Sequence record: MZ234018.1
From: Escherichia phage vB_EcoM-101117BS1
Direction: 5' to 3' (one strand)
Length of the DNA: 64,000 nt
This document shows positions 27,390 to 38,000 of the stretch, one piece after another; the stretch's first letter is position 1, and each line of letters begins with the position of its first letter. The position numbers and the translations under genes are program-made. Under the pieces are notes generated by a model. The model searched no databases, had not been told where the DNA came from, and worked only from the letters and a program-made list of their open reading frames with translations.

Positions 27390-27685
27390 TGAATATTAAA
27401 AAGTTTCAAATTGATGGAATTATGAATCAAATCCAGGCATTAGAATATGCCAATAAAATGATGTCAACTAATTGGGGAATTTATGCCAATGAACCGGCGT
27501 TTCAGTTCTGTAATATGGAATTCGCCAAAAAGCTCGTAGGAAAAGATTATGTGTGTCCATTTAGTTCTCCAGTAAATGGAATGCTAAAACCTGCTTTACG
27601 CGATCTTTATATTGCGATGAACGAAGAAATGATAAAAGAGTTAAAACGTCAACTGAAGGTGATTCAATTTGGCCAGGGAAATTAA
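27389..27685 (+). CDS. hypothetical protein (98 aa)
   Basis: ATG overlaps the previous stop. Confidence 0.55.
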   Translation: MNIKKFQIDGIMNQIQALEYANKMMSTNWGIYANEPAFQFCNMEFAKKLVGKDYVCPFSSPVNGMLKPALRDLYIAMNEEMIKELKRQLKVIQFGQGN

Positions 27686-27887
27686 TTCAAAATCCGATTA
27701 TTTTAATTCTCTCAATGATAAAGATAAAAATCTAATACGGCATTTTATTGTTGAGATGGGATATACGGATACACGCGATTTAAGAGAACATATATTTGAA
27801 TGTGGTGTAGCTAAAAAGTTTTCATTCACATGCAAATGTTTGAGAGAGGTAATTCAGCACTATGAACAATTTAGTCGCAAAGCATAA
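27669..27887 (+). CDS. hypothetical small protein (TTG start; alternative ATG 27756)
   Basis: Overlaps the previous gene by 17 nt; start uncertain. Confidence 0.35.
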   Translation: MAREINSKSDYFNSLNDKDKNLIRHFIVEMGYTDTRDLREHIFECGVAKKFSFTCKCLREVIQHYEQFSRKA

Positions 27888-27970
27888 TTTTAATAAAGCT
27901 TCTGTTCATAAAGATAAGAAGAAAGCGTTTAAAGAATCTAATCGCAAACAGAAACATAAGGGGAAGGTCT

Positions 27971-28249
27971 ATGATTATTGATTCTCAGTCTGTGGTTCAA
28001 TACACAATCAAAATTGATATTCTAGAAAAGCTATATAAGTTTCTACCAAACCTATACCATTCAATTGTTAATGAATTAGTTGAAGAACTACATCTCGAGA
28101 ATAATGATTTCTTGATTGGAACTTATAAAGACCTCTCAAAAGCAGGATATTTTTACGTAATTCCAGCTCCAGGAAAAAGTATCGATGATGTATTAAAAAC
28201 TATAATGATTTATGTCCATGATTATGAAATTGAAGATTATTTCGAATGA
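27971..28249 (+). CDS. arn: Arn anti-restriction protein
   Basis: 92 aa, acidic; position between motA and asiA. Confidence 0.8.
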   Translation: MIIDSQSVVQYTIKIDILEKLYKFLPNLYHSIVNELVEELHLENNDFLIGTYKDLSKAGYFYVIPAPGKSIDDVLKTIMIYVHDYEIEDYFE

Positions 28250-28398
28250 GTCATAATCTTGAAAAGGTAATCGAGCATAATGTAGCTCAGGAACGCGAGT
28301 CGTTCAAGGAATTCGTAGAAAAAATTTTTGAAGAAAATAACACAGACCAGTTTACAAATCAAGCGTCTGATGATATTATAATAAAGTCAACTAATTGA
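28246..28398 (+). CDS. small acidic hypothetical protein (50 aa)
   Basis: ATGA overlap with the arn stop; contains the asiA promoter, so coding status is uncertain. Confidence 0.3.
   Translation: MSHNLEKVIEHNVAQERESFKEFVEKIFEENNTDQFTNQASDDIIIKSTN
28350..28380 (+). promoter_or_regulatory. phage early promoter for asiA
   Basis: GTTTAC 28350-28355, 18-bp spacer, TATTAT. Confidence 0.55.
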
Positions 28399-28410
28399 GT
28401 GGTATAGTTA

Positions 28411-28683
28411 ATGAATAAAAACATTGATACAGTTCGTGAAATTATTACTGTTGCATCTATTTTGATTAAATTTTCCAGAGAAGATATTGTTGAGAATCGT
28501 GCTAATTTTATTGCATTTCTGAATGAGATTGGAGTAACGCATGAAGGTAGAAAATTAAATCAGAATTCATTCCGTAAAATTGTTTCTGAATTAACTCAAG
28601 AAGATAAGAAAACCCTCATCGACGAATTCAACGAGGGTTTTGAGGGTGTATATCGATATCTAGAGATGTATACGAACAAATAA
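28411..28683 (+). CDS. asiA: AsiA anti-sigma70 factor
   Basis: 90 aa; MNKNIDTVREIITVASILIKFSREDIVENRANFIAFLNEIGVTHEGRKLNQNSFRKIVSELTQEDKKTLIDEFNEGFEGVYRYLEMYTNK. Confidence 0.9.
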   Translation: MNKNIDTVREIITVASILIKFSREDIVENRANFIAFLNEIGVTHEGRKLNQNSFRKIVSELTQEDKKTLIDEFNEGFEGVYRYLEMYTNK

Positions 28684-29340
28684 TTATTTAGCCCTTCCTA
28701 ATATTCTGGCCGCCTGAGCACATATTGATTCAAGGCGGTCATTACTTATATGATCATTTCTATACCAGTACATTGTTATTGTTCCAGCATAGATATTATC
28801 CAAATTAAAATATGGACAACTATACATGTAGTTTATTTCGGGAGTAGGCTTTTTAGTTGGTAAAAAAGCAAATTTTGAGTCAGAATAATAATGACGTCCA
28901 TTTAAATGAACTATATATTCATCCATAGTTTTATCAACAGGATATCCTCCAAGTGATTTTTCAGTTATTGTTGAAGGTAATCTTCCTTCGTATGCTATAA
29001 TATCAACAAAATAGTTTAAGTTTTTAGGGCGGAAAGAATACACCGCACTAAAGTCTGCCTCAGATGATATATGAACTATCTGGAGTTGTTCCAGGGCGAC
29101 AGATTCAAAGCGTGCATTTCTTTCCTTTTCAATAATTTCACTGTATGTTTCATACTTTGATTGCTTATAGTACTCAAAGAAACTATCTCCCCTATACCAA
29201 ACAATCGCCATCATAAATAAAAGAATTACGACAGCTACCCGGGAAGCAAGAACCTTCCCAGTAGCGTTATCTTTGAACAAGCGATCTAGAACACCAAACA
29301 GAATATCAGAGGGCGAAAATGATATTCTAGGTGCTGCCAT
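28684..29340 (-). CDS. t: holin T
   Basis: 218 aa; N-terminal transmembrane helix plus large periplasmic domain; AAGGAGGG RBS; convergent with asiA. Confidence 0.9.
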   Translation of the reverse strand: MAAPRISFSPSDILFGVLDRLFKDNATGKVLASRVAVVILLFMMAIVWYRGDSFFEYYKQSKYETYSEIIEKERNARFESVALEQLQIVHISSEADFSAVYSFRPKNLNYFVDIIAYEGRLPSTITEKSLGGYPVDKTMDEYIVHLNGRHYYSDSKFAFLPTKKPTPEINYMYSCPYFNLDNIYAGTITMYWYRNDHISNDRLESICAQAARILGRAK

Positions 29341-29357
29341 AGACCCTCCTTTTAAGA

Positions 29358-29365
29358 TATTTATA
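29358..29365 (-). promoter_or_regulatory. late promoter (TATAAATA) for t
   Basis: TATAAATA on the minus strand, overlapping the 3' end of gene 38. Confidence 0.5.
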
Positions 29366-29912
29366 CGTAATGCTTGAATAAACGCTTATACCAAGGTTTC
29401 CGTTCTTTTTCAGGCCATGAAGGGAATTCACCACCTAAATGCTCATGCTTTTCTAAAAGAGCAAAGAACCGCTTAAGGTTTTTATAATAAAATTTTTCCT
29501 TTTTATTGGCGACAGAAGCTTCAATCATATTATTTAAAACTTGGAACTCTTTATATAATTCTTCAATTTTTCTATTACGAATTAAAACTCGCTTATATGT
29601 TTCGTCTTCTTTCCAACCGTCATCAGTCCATATATCAAATTCGCCAGGCTCATCAAAAGTTATACCAACCGGGCTTCCAATTTCACTTATAAAAATTTCT
29701 TCTTTATTAAAAGTCCATGCTCGTTTTCCGCGATGGTCTTCTTCATAAATCCAATCCTGAGTACGTTCATCAAATACAACTGCATATCCTTCTTTAGGTT
29801 CTAAAGGTTTTTTAATTGTTGAATGAGCAGGAAGACCGAGGCCTTTAACCGGTTTGTAATTTTCTTCTTTGTAAAATTCTTTAGTGTCAAAATAATAATG
29901 ATATATTTTCAT
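29361..29912 (-). CDS. 38: gp38, distal tail-fibre assembly chaperone (T4 type)
   Basis: 183 aa; MKIYHYYFDTKEFYKEENYKPVKGLGLP... Confidence 0.9.
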   Translation of the reverse strand: MKIYHYYFDTKEFYKEENYKPVKGLGLPAHSTIKKPLEPKEGYAVVFDERTQDWIYEEDHRGKRAWTFNKEEIFISEIGSPVGITFDEPGEFDIWTDDGWKEDETYKRVLIRNRKIEELYKEFQVLNNMIEASVANKKEKFYYKNLKRFFALLEKHEHLGGEFPSWPEKERKPWYKRLFKHYV

Positions 29913-29939
29913 ATTTAGAAGGGGCCGAAGCCCCTCTCC
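29913..29939 (-). promoter_or_regulatory. gene 38 translation-initiation hairpin (split RBS)
   Basis: GGAGAGG then hairpin GGGGC-TTCG-GCCCC then CTTCTAAAT then ATG; the hairpin brings the SD close to the AUG. Confidence 0.6.
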
Positions 29940-32900
29940 TTATGCTAAACGAACGATATAGTTAAAAGCAATGTTTTTAACCGTGTTTTCTGTATTACCT
30001 GTACTATTTACAGTGATAGTATGACCATGCGAGCCAATTGCTACCTTGTGGGTATGAGCACCGATACCTACAGTATGGGTATGAGCACCAATACCTACTG
30101 TGTGAGCATGGTTACCTGTAGTGCTTGTAGTACCAGACCAAGTATGAGTATGAGCACCGTCTGAAGAAGTTTTGGCTATATTCGACCCTGCAGTAGCACC
30201 GTTCACGGTTCCAGTGAATTTAGCGTTGGCGTTTGCACCTACACTATTATATCCGTCATAGAATATGTTATTGGGTATGCCGGCTTGTATCTGAGGACCT
30301 GAGCGCGCATGTTGGTGTGCACCAGCAGAACTCGTAGTACCGCTTACAGTATGAGAGTGGTTACCTGTGGTATTGCTAGTCTTAGTGCCATAGTCAAAGC
30401 TACTTGTCGTCTTAGTACCATAATCAAAACTCGACGTAGTTTTAGTACCCAAGTCAGTACTTGAAGCCGATGCACTATGGCTATGAGCCTTAACACCATC
30501 GGCTTCTGCGCTTAATACAGCTCGACCACTTGGTTTACCTTTAATAGTTTGCCCGCGCATATCTGGAATTACGCCAGATGGGTAAGCCATAGCCAATTTT
30601 GGGTATGCAGACTTATCAAAAGTCTGGCCTTCCATAATAGCGTAACCGTCAGGAGGAGTATCCGTTGGCCATGGAATAGGAGCACCGATTGGGTAACTCG
30701 ATACAATATCGGTTTTAAGTGATTCAATTGTACTGTTTAAATTAGCAAAATTGCCAGAACCACCTGTAATATTGCCGTCTGTACCTAAATAAACTGAACC
30801 ACCAGCAGAAACACGCTTAGGAGATATAAAATCACCATTTTTGTTAAATTCCCAACCTAAATCCTTTATAATAGCGCCAGTCGAACCGCCATCGCCGCCT
30901 TTATGATAATGAACTCTGAAGTTACCGCCGTTAATTAGAGTTCCCAGAGAATAACAACTGTTTCCTTGGACATATCGTTGTTTCAAAATAGGAACGTAAG
31001 TACTTTTATCTGTACGATTAATATTCATATAGAATGGAGCACGAACGTTTTCATTATTTTGTGAAGCAAAAGACCCTGCACCAGCCGGGCGAACTGTGTC
31101 AGTACATTCAGCATCAATATAAGCTGCTTGTCCTACCTGCATACGGTAATTAGGAGAAATGCGACTATTACTAGTAACAACAACAAGTTTGGTATCGTTG
31201 TCCACAGTAATCATATTACCGCCAGCGCCATCATCGCCTAACGTAACAGAATGGCGCATTTGTACCATACCATTATTAAGACTAATACTAAGTGGGCGGA
31301 GATTACTTATTCCACCACTTTCACCGGCATCTTTAGGAGTCGGGATAATATGTAATGCTGTTTCTGAGCGACGGAAAATAGCACCGTATTCGGCATTCCA
31401 AATTCTTAATGCATCAGCAGTTCCACCAATTTTTACTTGTCCAGTAATAGAAGAACCACCTTGGACAAACAAACCATTAGACATGGTAACATTACCGACT
31501 AAAGTGCTTAATCCATTAACTTTAAAACTTCCGTCAGTAATAATACTTCCTCTAGCATTAACTTGTCCATTGAACTGGGTTACAACAGGCCCAGTAGTTT
31601 CAGAGCCACTTGGAGCCACACGCTGTGAATAAAAATAATATCCTTGTCCATCAGCTACTTCAAAAACCGTTTCACGATTACGATCGCCAGATGCGTTAAA
31701 TGAATTACCCCATGCTTTAACAGTTACATAGCTTTTATTCTGACCAGCACGAGTACCGCCTTCCCACAAAATTTGCTTAGTGCCATCAATTGTAGTAGTT
31801 GGAGCGAATGTTAGCCCAGCAGTAGAATTATTAGCTGCTAAATATATGCCATTATATATTGAAAGCTGCTTAACAGATGTAATACCGCCATCAGCATAAA
31901 ACATTACATTATTAGAGCCAGTTACCAATTTCAAAATACCCGGGTTAACTTCCATGCCTTCTTGAGTATTAATATTAGTTTTGCCTTTACCACGGAAATA
32001 GTGGTTCATTTTTCCGCCTGAGTTATAGCCAATATGCGTCTGGCCGTCTCCAGCAGTGTTTTCATCAGCTTGTGTTTGAACCGATAAAAACGCGGCGTTG
32101 GTTCCAGGCATAATCCATGTTGTACCTTGGTCCTCGGAACGACCAAAAATCGCTTTACGGGTACTACGGAAACTATCAGGAGTAATAGATGCTAAAGAAA
32201 GACCACTAGCAACTAAATCATATACTCCAGTTTTTTTGTATGATAAGCCTGTTGATGCATCACCGATAACTATATAACATTCGCCCATTGCTCCAGCGGA
32301 GCCGTAGTTATTAATGTTTTCATCTGTTGTAATTGTACCAATTGCGAGTGAGCGTCGTAATACTAAAGCCCCATCATTACGAAGACCCATTTGTTTATTA
32401 ACGGCTGTATTACCAGTCCACCAAGAAAGTTCATCACTTTTTCCGGTTTGCGCAGAAGCTAATTCATGATAAATTGTACCGCCTGATTTAGCTCGAACTT
32501 TACGAAGATAGTTTATACCATTTTCTTCGCCTGTTCCAGGATAAACATATTGAACTAATGATTGCGAATCGTATTGTCCAAATGCTTTTGTATCTAAAAT
32601 AATATTTTTAGTATTAATCTGAGGCGAAGTAATATTTCCAATAGCTGCAATATTTCCAGATGTAGTTATACTACCTCCTGATACTGCTAAACCTCCACCG
32701 TCAACAGTAAATCCGCCGTCACGTCGAAACGTCCAATATTTCGAATCGCCAGATTCATTGATATAATGAATCTTCAACGAACCTTCAGAAACTAAAGTAC
32801 CTAATGAAAAAGTTCCATCTTTAAAGCGCTGTTTAATTATAGGATTATATTCAGATGTGAAAGTAGCTGAGCTTAAATCTACAAAAATTGGAGCTTTCGC

Positions 32901-33215
32901 AGTATGTTGACCGGACCAAGCCCCACTTCCAGTAGTACGATAATTAAACTCAATATATCCACCGCTTGCTACAATTTGCGGACCAATTAAATTAAATTTT
33001 CCAGTCTGTGTATAATCACCAGTTTGAGTGATATTACCACTGATATTACCGCCAGTAGAAATGCTTAAATCGATGATATTTCCTGAATCATCTTTAGTAA
33101 AAATTGTTCTATCTTTTAAGTTTATAGCCAATTCACCTTCGGCTAATACTGAAGCAGCAGGACGTGCACCTGCGGTTTTGCTTCTTTTAAATTGTATTTG
33201 TTTTAAAGTAGCCAT
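29940..33215 (-). CDS. 37: gp37, long tail-fibre distal subunit (receptor-binding tip)
   Basis: 1091 aa; C-terminal His-box repeats and ...[11 protein letters not shown] end; T4-type. Confidence 0.9.
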   Translation of the reverse strand: MATLKQIQFKRSKTAGARPAASVLAEGELAINLKDRTIFTKDDSGNIIDLSISTGGNISGNITQTGDYTQTGKFNLIGPQIVASGGYIEFNYRTTGSGAWSGQHTAKAPIFVDLSSATFTSEYNPIIKQRFKDGTFSLGTLVSEGSLKIHYINESGDSKYWTFRRDGGFTVDGGGLAVSGGSITTSGNIAAIGNITSPQINTKNIILDTKAFGQYDSQSLVQYVYPGTGEENGINYLRKVRAKSGGTIYHELASAQTGKSDELSWWTGNTAVNKQMGLRNDGALVLRRSLAIGTITTDENINNYGSAGAMGECYIVIGDASTGLSYKKTGVYDLVASGLSLASITPDSFRSTRKAIFGRSEDQGTTWIMPGTNAAFLSVQTQADENTAGDGQTHIGYNSGGKMNHYFRGKGKTNINTQEGMEVNPGILKLVTGSNNVMFYADGGITSVKQLSIYNGIYLAANNSTAGLTFAPTTTIDGTKQILWEGGTRAGQNKSYVTVKAWGNSFNASGDRNRETVFEVADGQGYYFYSQRVAPSGSETTGPVVTQFNGQVNARGSIITDGSFKVNGLSTLVGNVTMSNGLFVQGGSSITGQVKIGGTADALRIWNAEYGAIFRRSETALHIIPTPKDAGESGGISNLRPLSISLNNGMVQMRHSVTLGDDGAGGNMITVDNDTKLVVVTSNSRISPNYRMQVGQAAYIDAECTDTVRPAGAGSFASQNNENVRAPFYMNINRTDKSTYVPILKQRYVQGNSCYSLGTLINGGNFRVHYHKGGDGGSTGAIIKDLGWEFNKNGDFISPKRVSAGGSVYLGTDGNITGGSGNFANLNSTIESLKTDIVSSYPIGAPIPWPTDTPPDGYAIMEGQTFDKSAYPKLAMAYPSGVIPDMRGQTIKGKPSGRAVLSAEADGVKAHSHSASASSTDLGTKTTSSFDYGTKTTSSFDYGTKTSNTTGNHSHTVSGTTSSAGAHQHARSGPQIQAGIPNNIFYDGYNSVGANANAKFTGTVNGATAGSNIAKTSSDGAHTHTWSGTTSTTGNHAHTVGIGAHTHTVGIGAHTHKVAIGSHGHTITVNSTGNTENTVKNIAFNYIVRLA
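30015..30116 (-). repeat. tandem Hx[10 protein letters not shown] repeats in the gp37 tip
   Basis: [34 protein letters not shown]; about 24-bp nucleotide units repeated. Confidence 0.85.
30366..30455 (-). repeat. tandem 30-bp repeats encoding [10 protein letters not shown] in gp37
   Basis: [30 protein letters not shown]. Confidence 0.85.
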
Positions 33216-33223
33216 AAGTCCTC

Positions 33224-33889
33224 TTAATAATAGCCGAAATCTTGAACAGAATCCTTAATTACGATTTGGTCAAATCGTGGAACGTGTGAAGGTTGAGATG
33301 CAGGATTCTGCGAGAAAAAGTTTGGCGCTGTTAAATTACCTATCATGGTGTCACCAGACCGTAGCACCCTAGAGTTTGCATTTGCCGTAACAGTATTTAT
33401 TGCTCCATCAACATAGTCCTTTCTAGTAAGGTCATTCGCTGCTATAGGAGCAGCCGCATCACTTCTTACTTGACCTGCTGCCGACACAACGCCTTTTGTA
33501 CTAATATCACCATTACGTGCATTAATTACAACAGTTCGAGCTGCTGAACCTTGTGATGATTTAAAACCAATACCATTCCACGAAACAATATCGATATTTG
33601 CTACAGCAAAAGTAGCATTATCACCGTTACCTGGATAAACACCGCATGGGTTTGTGTTGTTTACAGCATACGGAACTTGAATTCCACCGTTAAATGTTAC
33701 CTTTGATGCATAAGTACCACCATTAGCTTTAGAAACGAAATCGTTATCAGCAGCTTGTGGTTTATTATATTCTGAATATATTTTAAATGATTTATAGAGT
33801 ACATCGTCACCGGCTGGATTCAATGGAAAATTTCCTTGATGCCAAATGACAGAGCCTCCGGTTGTTGAACCTACTTTTAAATCAGCCAT
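33224..33889 (-). CDS. 36: gp36, tail-fibre distal-half small subunit
   Basis: 221 aa; directly upstream of 37. Confidence 0.85.
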   Translation of the reverse strand: MADLKVGSTTGGSVIWHQGNFPLNPAGDDVLYKSFKIYSEYNKPQAADNDFVSKANGGTYASKVTFNGGIQVPYAVNNTNPCGVYPGNGDNATFAVANIDIVSWNGIGFKSSQGSAARTVVINARNGDISTKGVVSAAGQVRSDAAAPIAANDLTRKDYVDGAINTVTANANSRVLRSGDTMIGNLTAPNFFSQNPASQPSHVPRFDQIVIKDSVQDFGYY

Positions 33890-33912
33890 TGTATGCCCCT
33901 TTATTTTAATAG

Positions 33913-33920
33913 TATTTATA
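33913..33920 (-). promoter_or_regulatory. late promoter (TATAAATA) for gene 36
   Basis: TATAAATA on the minus strand about 25 bp upstream of the gene 36 ATG. Confidence 0.55.
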
Positions 33921-33947
33921 AAGAAAAAGGGAACCCGAAGGCTCCCT
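33921..33947 (-). terminator. hairpin terminator after gene 35
   Basis: Minus strand GGGAGCC-TTCG-GGTTCCC followed by TTTTTCTTT. Confidence 0.6.
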
Positions 33948-33951
33948 CAAT

Positions 33952-35067
33952 TTATACTTCTCTAAATTCTTGCCCAAACACTTTACCAGTTTTAGATGAT
34001 GCTTGCGTAGGAAGTACCATTATATCCGGAGGTGAAGCGGATTCACAGATATAATTAACACGAATACCGTTGACGCCAAATTCAGCAGGTTTTGAAATAC
34101 CGCCGTTTCTTGATACTTCAGAAAAGCTTAAATTTCTCATGCCACCTTGGCCAGCTTTAGCAGTTCTTTGTGCATATATCGTAAATCCTACAGCGTTTTC
34201 TGGAACAACTACATAATCTTCCTTTAATTCCCATGACCCAGCTTGTCCGGTAAATTCAGCTTGTGTCGAGGAAATATATCCGTTAGATGCATTATAAAAA
34301 CGGATAGATATATTTGTTGTTCCAAGAGCAAGTAAATCGGCATCAGCATATAACTGAGCTTTAAGATAAAGAACGTCACCAGGAATTAAATTATAATCAG
34401 AGAGTTTACTTATAGTAGCTGAAGTTGGTAGACGCGCAATTTCGTTATTAGTTCCACCAACCGCTGACATGAATTGCTCAACGCTTTCATACGTTCTTCT
34501 TGGAAACCCGGTAGCTCCGACGTCTTCTAAACTGTCAAATACAACATCTAAAATAGTTTGATAATCATCTGTGCTTTTTCTATTACTTAATTTAACATGC
34601 TCTAATGCAATAGCTCTTTTAGAAGAAGTATAAAAAGCAGCATATGATACGTCGAATCTTGACAATATAGAATCAGATGGAAAAGCAGACGTTCCGGCGG
34701 TTCTTAACCAAGATACTACTTCAGGAGGAAAATTAACCTTTCCACTAGTTAATATAGCGACAATTCGATTATTCGTCAAAGAATTCATGAAACTAACAAA
34801 AGCAGCTGATGTAGTATCATTTGAAGTCGAAAAAGCATATGACTTACTATCAACTAATGCTCCGGTGGAAGGGTCAAAAACTCTTAAATGAAGACCTGCG
34901 CTAAATGTTTGACTTCCTACAGGATTATCCTGAAATTTAACGTATGGTCCTGCTGTAGAAAGCGGGCAAGAACCCGCTATACTTATTTTGTATCTTACTG
35001 AATTACTTTCCGATAAAAATGGCGTTTGGACATATCCTTGTCCAAACTCTGCCATAAATTTTTCCAT
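33952..35067 (-). CDS. 35: gp35, tail-fibre hinge
   Basis: 371 aa; between 34 and 36. Confidence 0.85.
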   Translation of the reverse strand: MEKFMAEFGQGYVQTPFLSESNSVRYKISIAGSCPLSTAGPYVKFQDNPVGSQTFSAGLHLRVFDPSTGALVDSKSYAFSTSNDTTSAAFVSFMNSLTNNRIVAILTSGKVNFPPEVVSWLRTAGTSAFPSDSILSRFDVSYAAFYTSSKRAIALEHVKLSNRKSTDDYQTILDVVFDSLEDVGATGFPRRTYESVEQFMSAVGGTNNEIARLPTSATISKLSDYNLIPGDVLYLKAQLYADADLLALGTTNISIRFYNASNGYISSTQAEFTGQAGSWELKEDYVVVPENAVGFTIYAQRTAKAGQGGMRNLSFSEVSRNGGISKPAEFGVNGIRVNYICESASPPDIMVLPTQASSKTGKVFGQEFREV

Positions 35068-35075
35068 AATACCTC

Positions 35076-38000
35076 TTATTCAACCCATTCAAATTTAACC
35101 GTTTTATTCACTGGGTCAGGAATAATGCGAACATTACCAATTCGTAAGAAATCACGAATAGTAAGATTACCCATTGTGGCATTATCAGATGGTAAAGCAC
35201 CGATATCAGATGGTTGAGGAGGGTTACCTCCATCAAATACCTGAACAAAACTTGACCAAGAGTTTTTGGTTTTCTGCCATGTACGTGTCCAGCGAGTGGT
35301 ACGCGCGTCTGGCGTCGTTGGATAAGTAATCCAATCTTGGTAAAGCGAATCAAGTGTGTTACCAAACTGAGTCAGTGTACCAGGAGATTTAACTTCTTCG
35401 CCACGTTCTAAGTATGGAAGCCCAGTCACTTCATTAGTTTTTTCAACCATTTTAAAATAACCCGGGAACTGGTTATAAGTGGCTGAATCGTTAATATCAA
35501 TTGACCAGAATCCTACCGTATCAGATGTTGGCGCACGGGTATATAAATCAGATGTTTTAGTACCCTGAGAACGAATTCTCGAGTTAACAGTTAAACCGCC
35601 TGAATTTATAGTAGCACCTTTGGCAATGATTAAGCTTTCACCAATTGTGACTTGACCGGATTGATTATTAATTGATAATGGACGTAATCCATTAAATCCA
35701 CCGGTCTGATCACCAGATGCAGTAAGCATAAAATATGTACTGCCGCCATCATTCCTGATAAAGAATCCATAATCACCGTTTATTGCTCTGAAAGCATTTG
35801 CAGACTTGCTAATGAATTCACCATTGGCTGTAACTGAACTACCAAATGTTGCTACGCCATTCGCATTCAATGAACCGGAAGCGTTAACATTTATTGGCAT
35901 CACAGTACCATTAATGCTAAACGTAATATTACCAGCTTTATTACGTTGAGAATAAAAGTGATTAGATGTTTCATCACCAACTTCAAATACAGTAGAACGT
36001 GTTGTATCTGATCCACCACCAAACTGATTTCCCCAAACTCTGATAGTCATCGTCTGCGCTGGGTTAGTTCCAGTTTGAGGTCCTTTCTCAAAAATCAGAC
36101 GAGTTGCCGTTCCAGTATTAGAAATAGTTAATGTACTATTTGCCGAAACTGAACCACCAAACGCAGCAGTACTAGATGATACAAGAGGGGCACTCAGATT
36201 CGTTTGTTGGGTTAAGGTTAGTGAACCATTAACTGTCTGCGCAATGTCCCTACGAATGAACTGAGATGAATCTAGACCATCCAATAAATTACTATCTACA
36301 GCTTTTGCTTTTAACGGCAAATAATTTGCTAATACACGGTTTAATTCATATGGTGATACCGCATAGCTATTTTTCTCATACAGTTCTAAATCTTGGGTAG
36401 AACCGACTGTATCATTACCAACGAATGTAATTGAACCAGATGAAGTTTTAACAAAACCTCTTATCGCAGTAGTAGCTGCCCAGGTAGGTTCACTCTGCAC
36501 AATCCATTTTAAATTTTTTGGAGATACAGCAGTATTTGCTGATGTTCCAGTCACAGTTTCAGACTGAGTTGCAACTTTAATAACACCTTCTTGCGATTCG
36601 GTAGATTTAGTACCTAAAAGCTTTTTAGGAGTTATTAAAACATTATCTAATGTTCCTGCAGCAGCTTCAACCTGTGTAGCTACACGAAGTGTACCACGCT
36701 GTGTCTCATTTGCTTCAAGAATATTAAGGGTATAATGGTCCCAGAGAGTTCCTGATTCAACTAATCCAGATAGAGCAACAACAGAAGTACGATCAGTACT
36801 ATTAAATCTAGTTTTAATTTTTAATGGTGTAGAGATACGAGTATCGTCGACGCCTGCGTCGAATTCAACTTGTGTAGCAATTTCAGCTATACCACTTAAA
36901 CTTTCAGTTGCTCTACGGTCATTTAAAGTTTTAGGAGTGACTGCACGAGTATAATCAGTTCCTGTATTAACTTCACTTTGTGTAGCAATTTCAATTAAAC
37001 CAATTCTTCCATCAGTTGATGTCTTTTTATGTAACGTTTCTGGCGTTACAACAGCATTTGCCCATCCTTCCTGACTTTGTCCAGCAATTACTTCACTTTC
37101 AACTGCTAAAATTACTGCACCTTGCTGTGTTGGAGTAGCTTTATACTGATCCAAAGCTTTAGGTGAAACAACTAAATTATTAGTGTTTTTATTATAAACA
37201 TTCGTACCATTTAATTCACGACTAGAAGCTGGAGTAGCACCTGCAGTAGATACAAAAGTTACAATACCAGATAATGATTCAGAACCTTGACGAGCTTGAA
37301 GCTTTTTAGGAGTGATGATTGTAGTATCATCGGTTCCTGTATTAGTTTCTTGCTGCGTAGCAATTTCAGCAACACCTCTGCGAGTTTCTGTAGCAGTTCT
37401 TTCATTCAGCTTTTTAGGAGTAATGATAAGGTCATCTGCAAAAGAGAATGTGGTGTTCTGATTCACTTGAGCAGTAGTTGCTATTCTTGCGATACCTCTA
37501 CGAGTTTCTGTAGCAGTACGGTTAGCTAATGTTTCTGGAGTAATTGCTAATTCTTTTTGTGGAGAATTTTCTAAATCGACGTTAGCTTGAGCTTGTGTAG
37601 CTAAAGCAATTACGCCTAATCTTGCTCTAGTAGAATCATTTAAAGAATCTACTCTTTCTACGGTTGGAACATTTTGCTGTACAACCCAGTATTTTCCATC
37701 AGAATCTTCAATATATGCAAGCTCTAGAACTGGAACATAATTAGTTTCACCATTAAAAACTAATTCTTGAACTGTAACCCACTCAGCTTCAGGCGGATAT
37801 TCTGAGCGTTTTGGGAATTGCAGTAATTGAACTGAAGAAGCAATTTTATCTTCGCCTGCAGCTTTGATTTTAACTGTTTGTCCTTTTCTCATGTAATTCA
37901 TGGAAATTTTAACAGTATCACCAACAGAAATATCAGTAGGAAGCTGAAGCTCAATTGTTTGGGTTGTTCCGTTATTCGCACCAAATACCATAACTTCTTC

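Noticed and set aside
31159-31632. 157-aa ORF on the + strand inside gene 37
   Set aside because: Lies entirely antisense within the tail-fibre gene; low-complexity Pro/Leu/Ser-rich product typical of a shadow ORF. The same applies to 33028-33258, 35026-35217, 35108-35365, 37287-37529 and 38878-39075.
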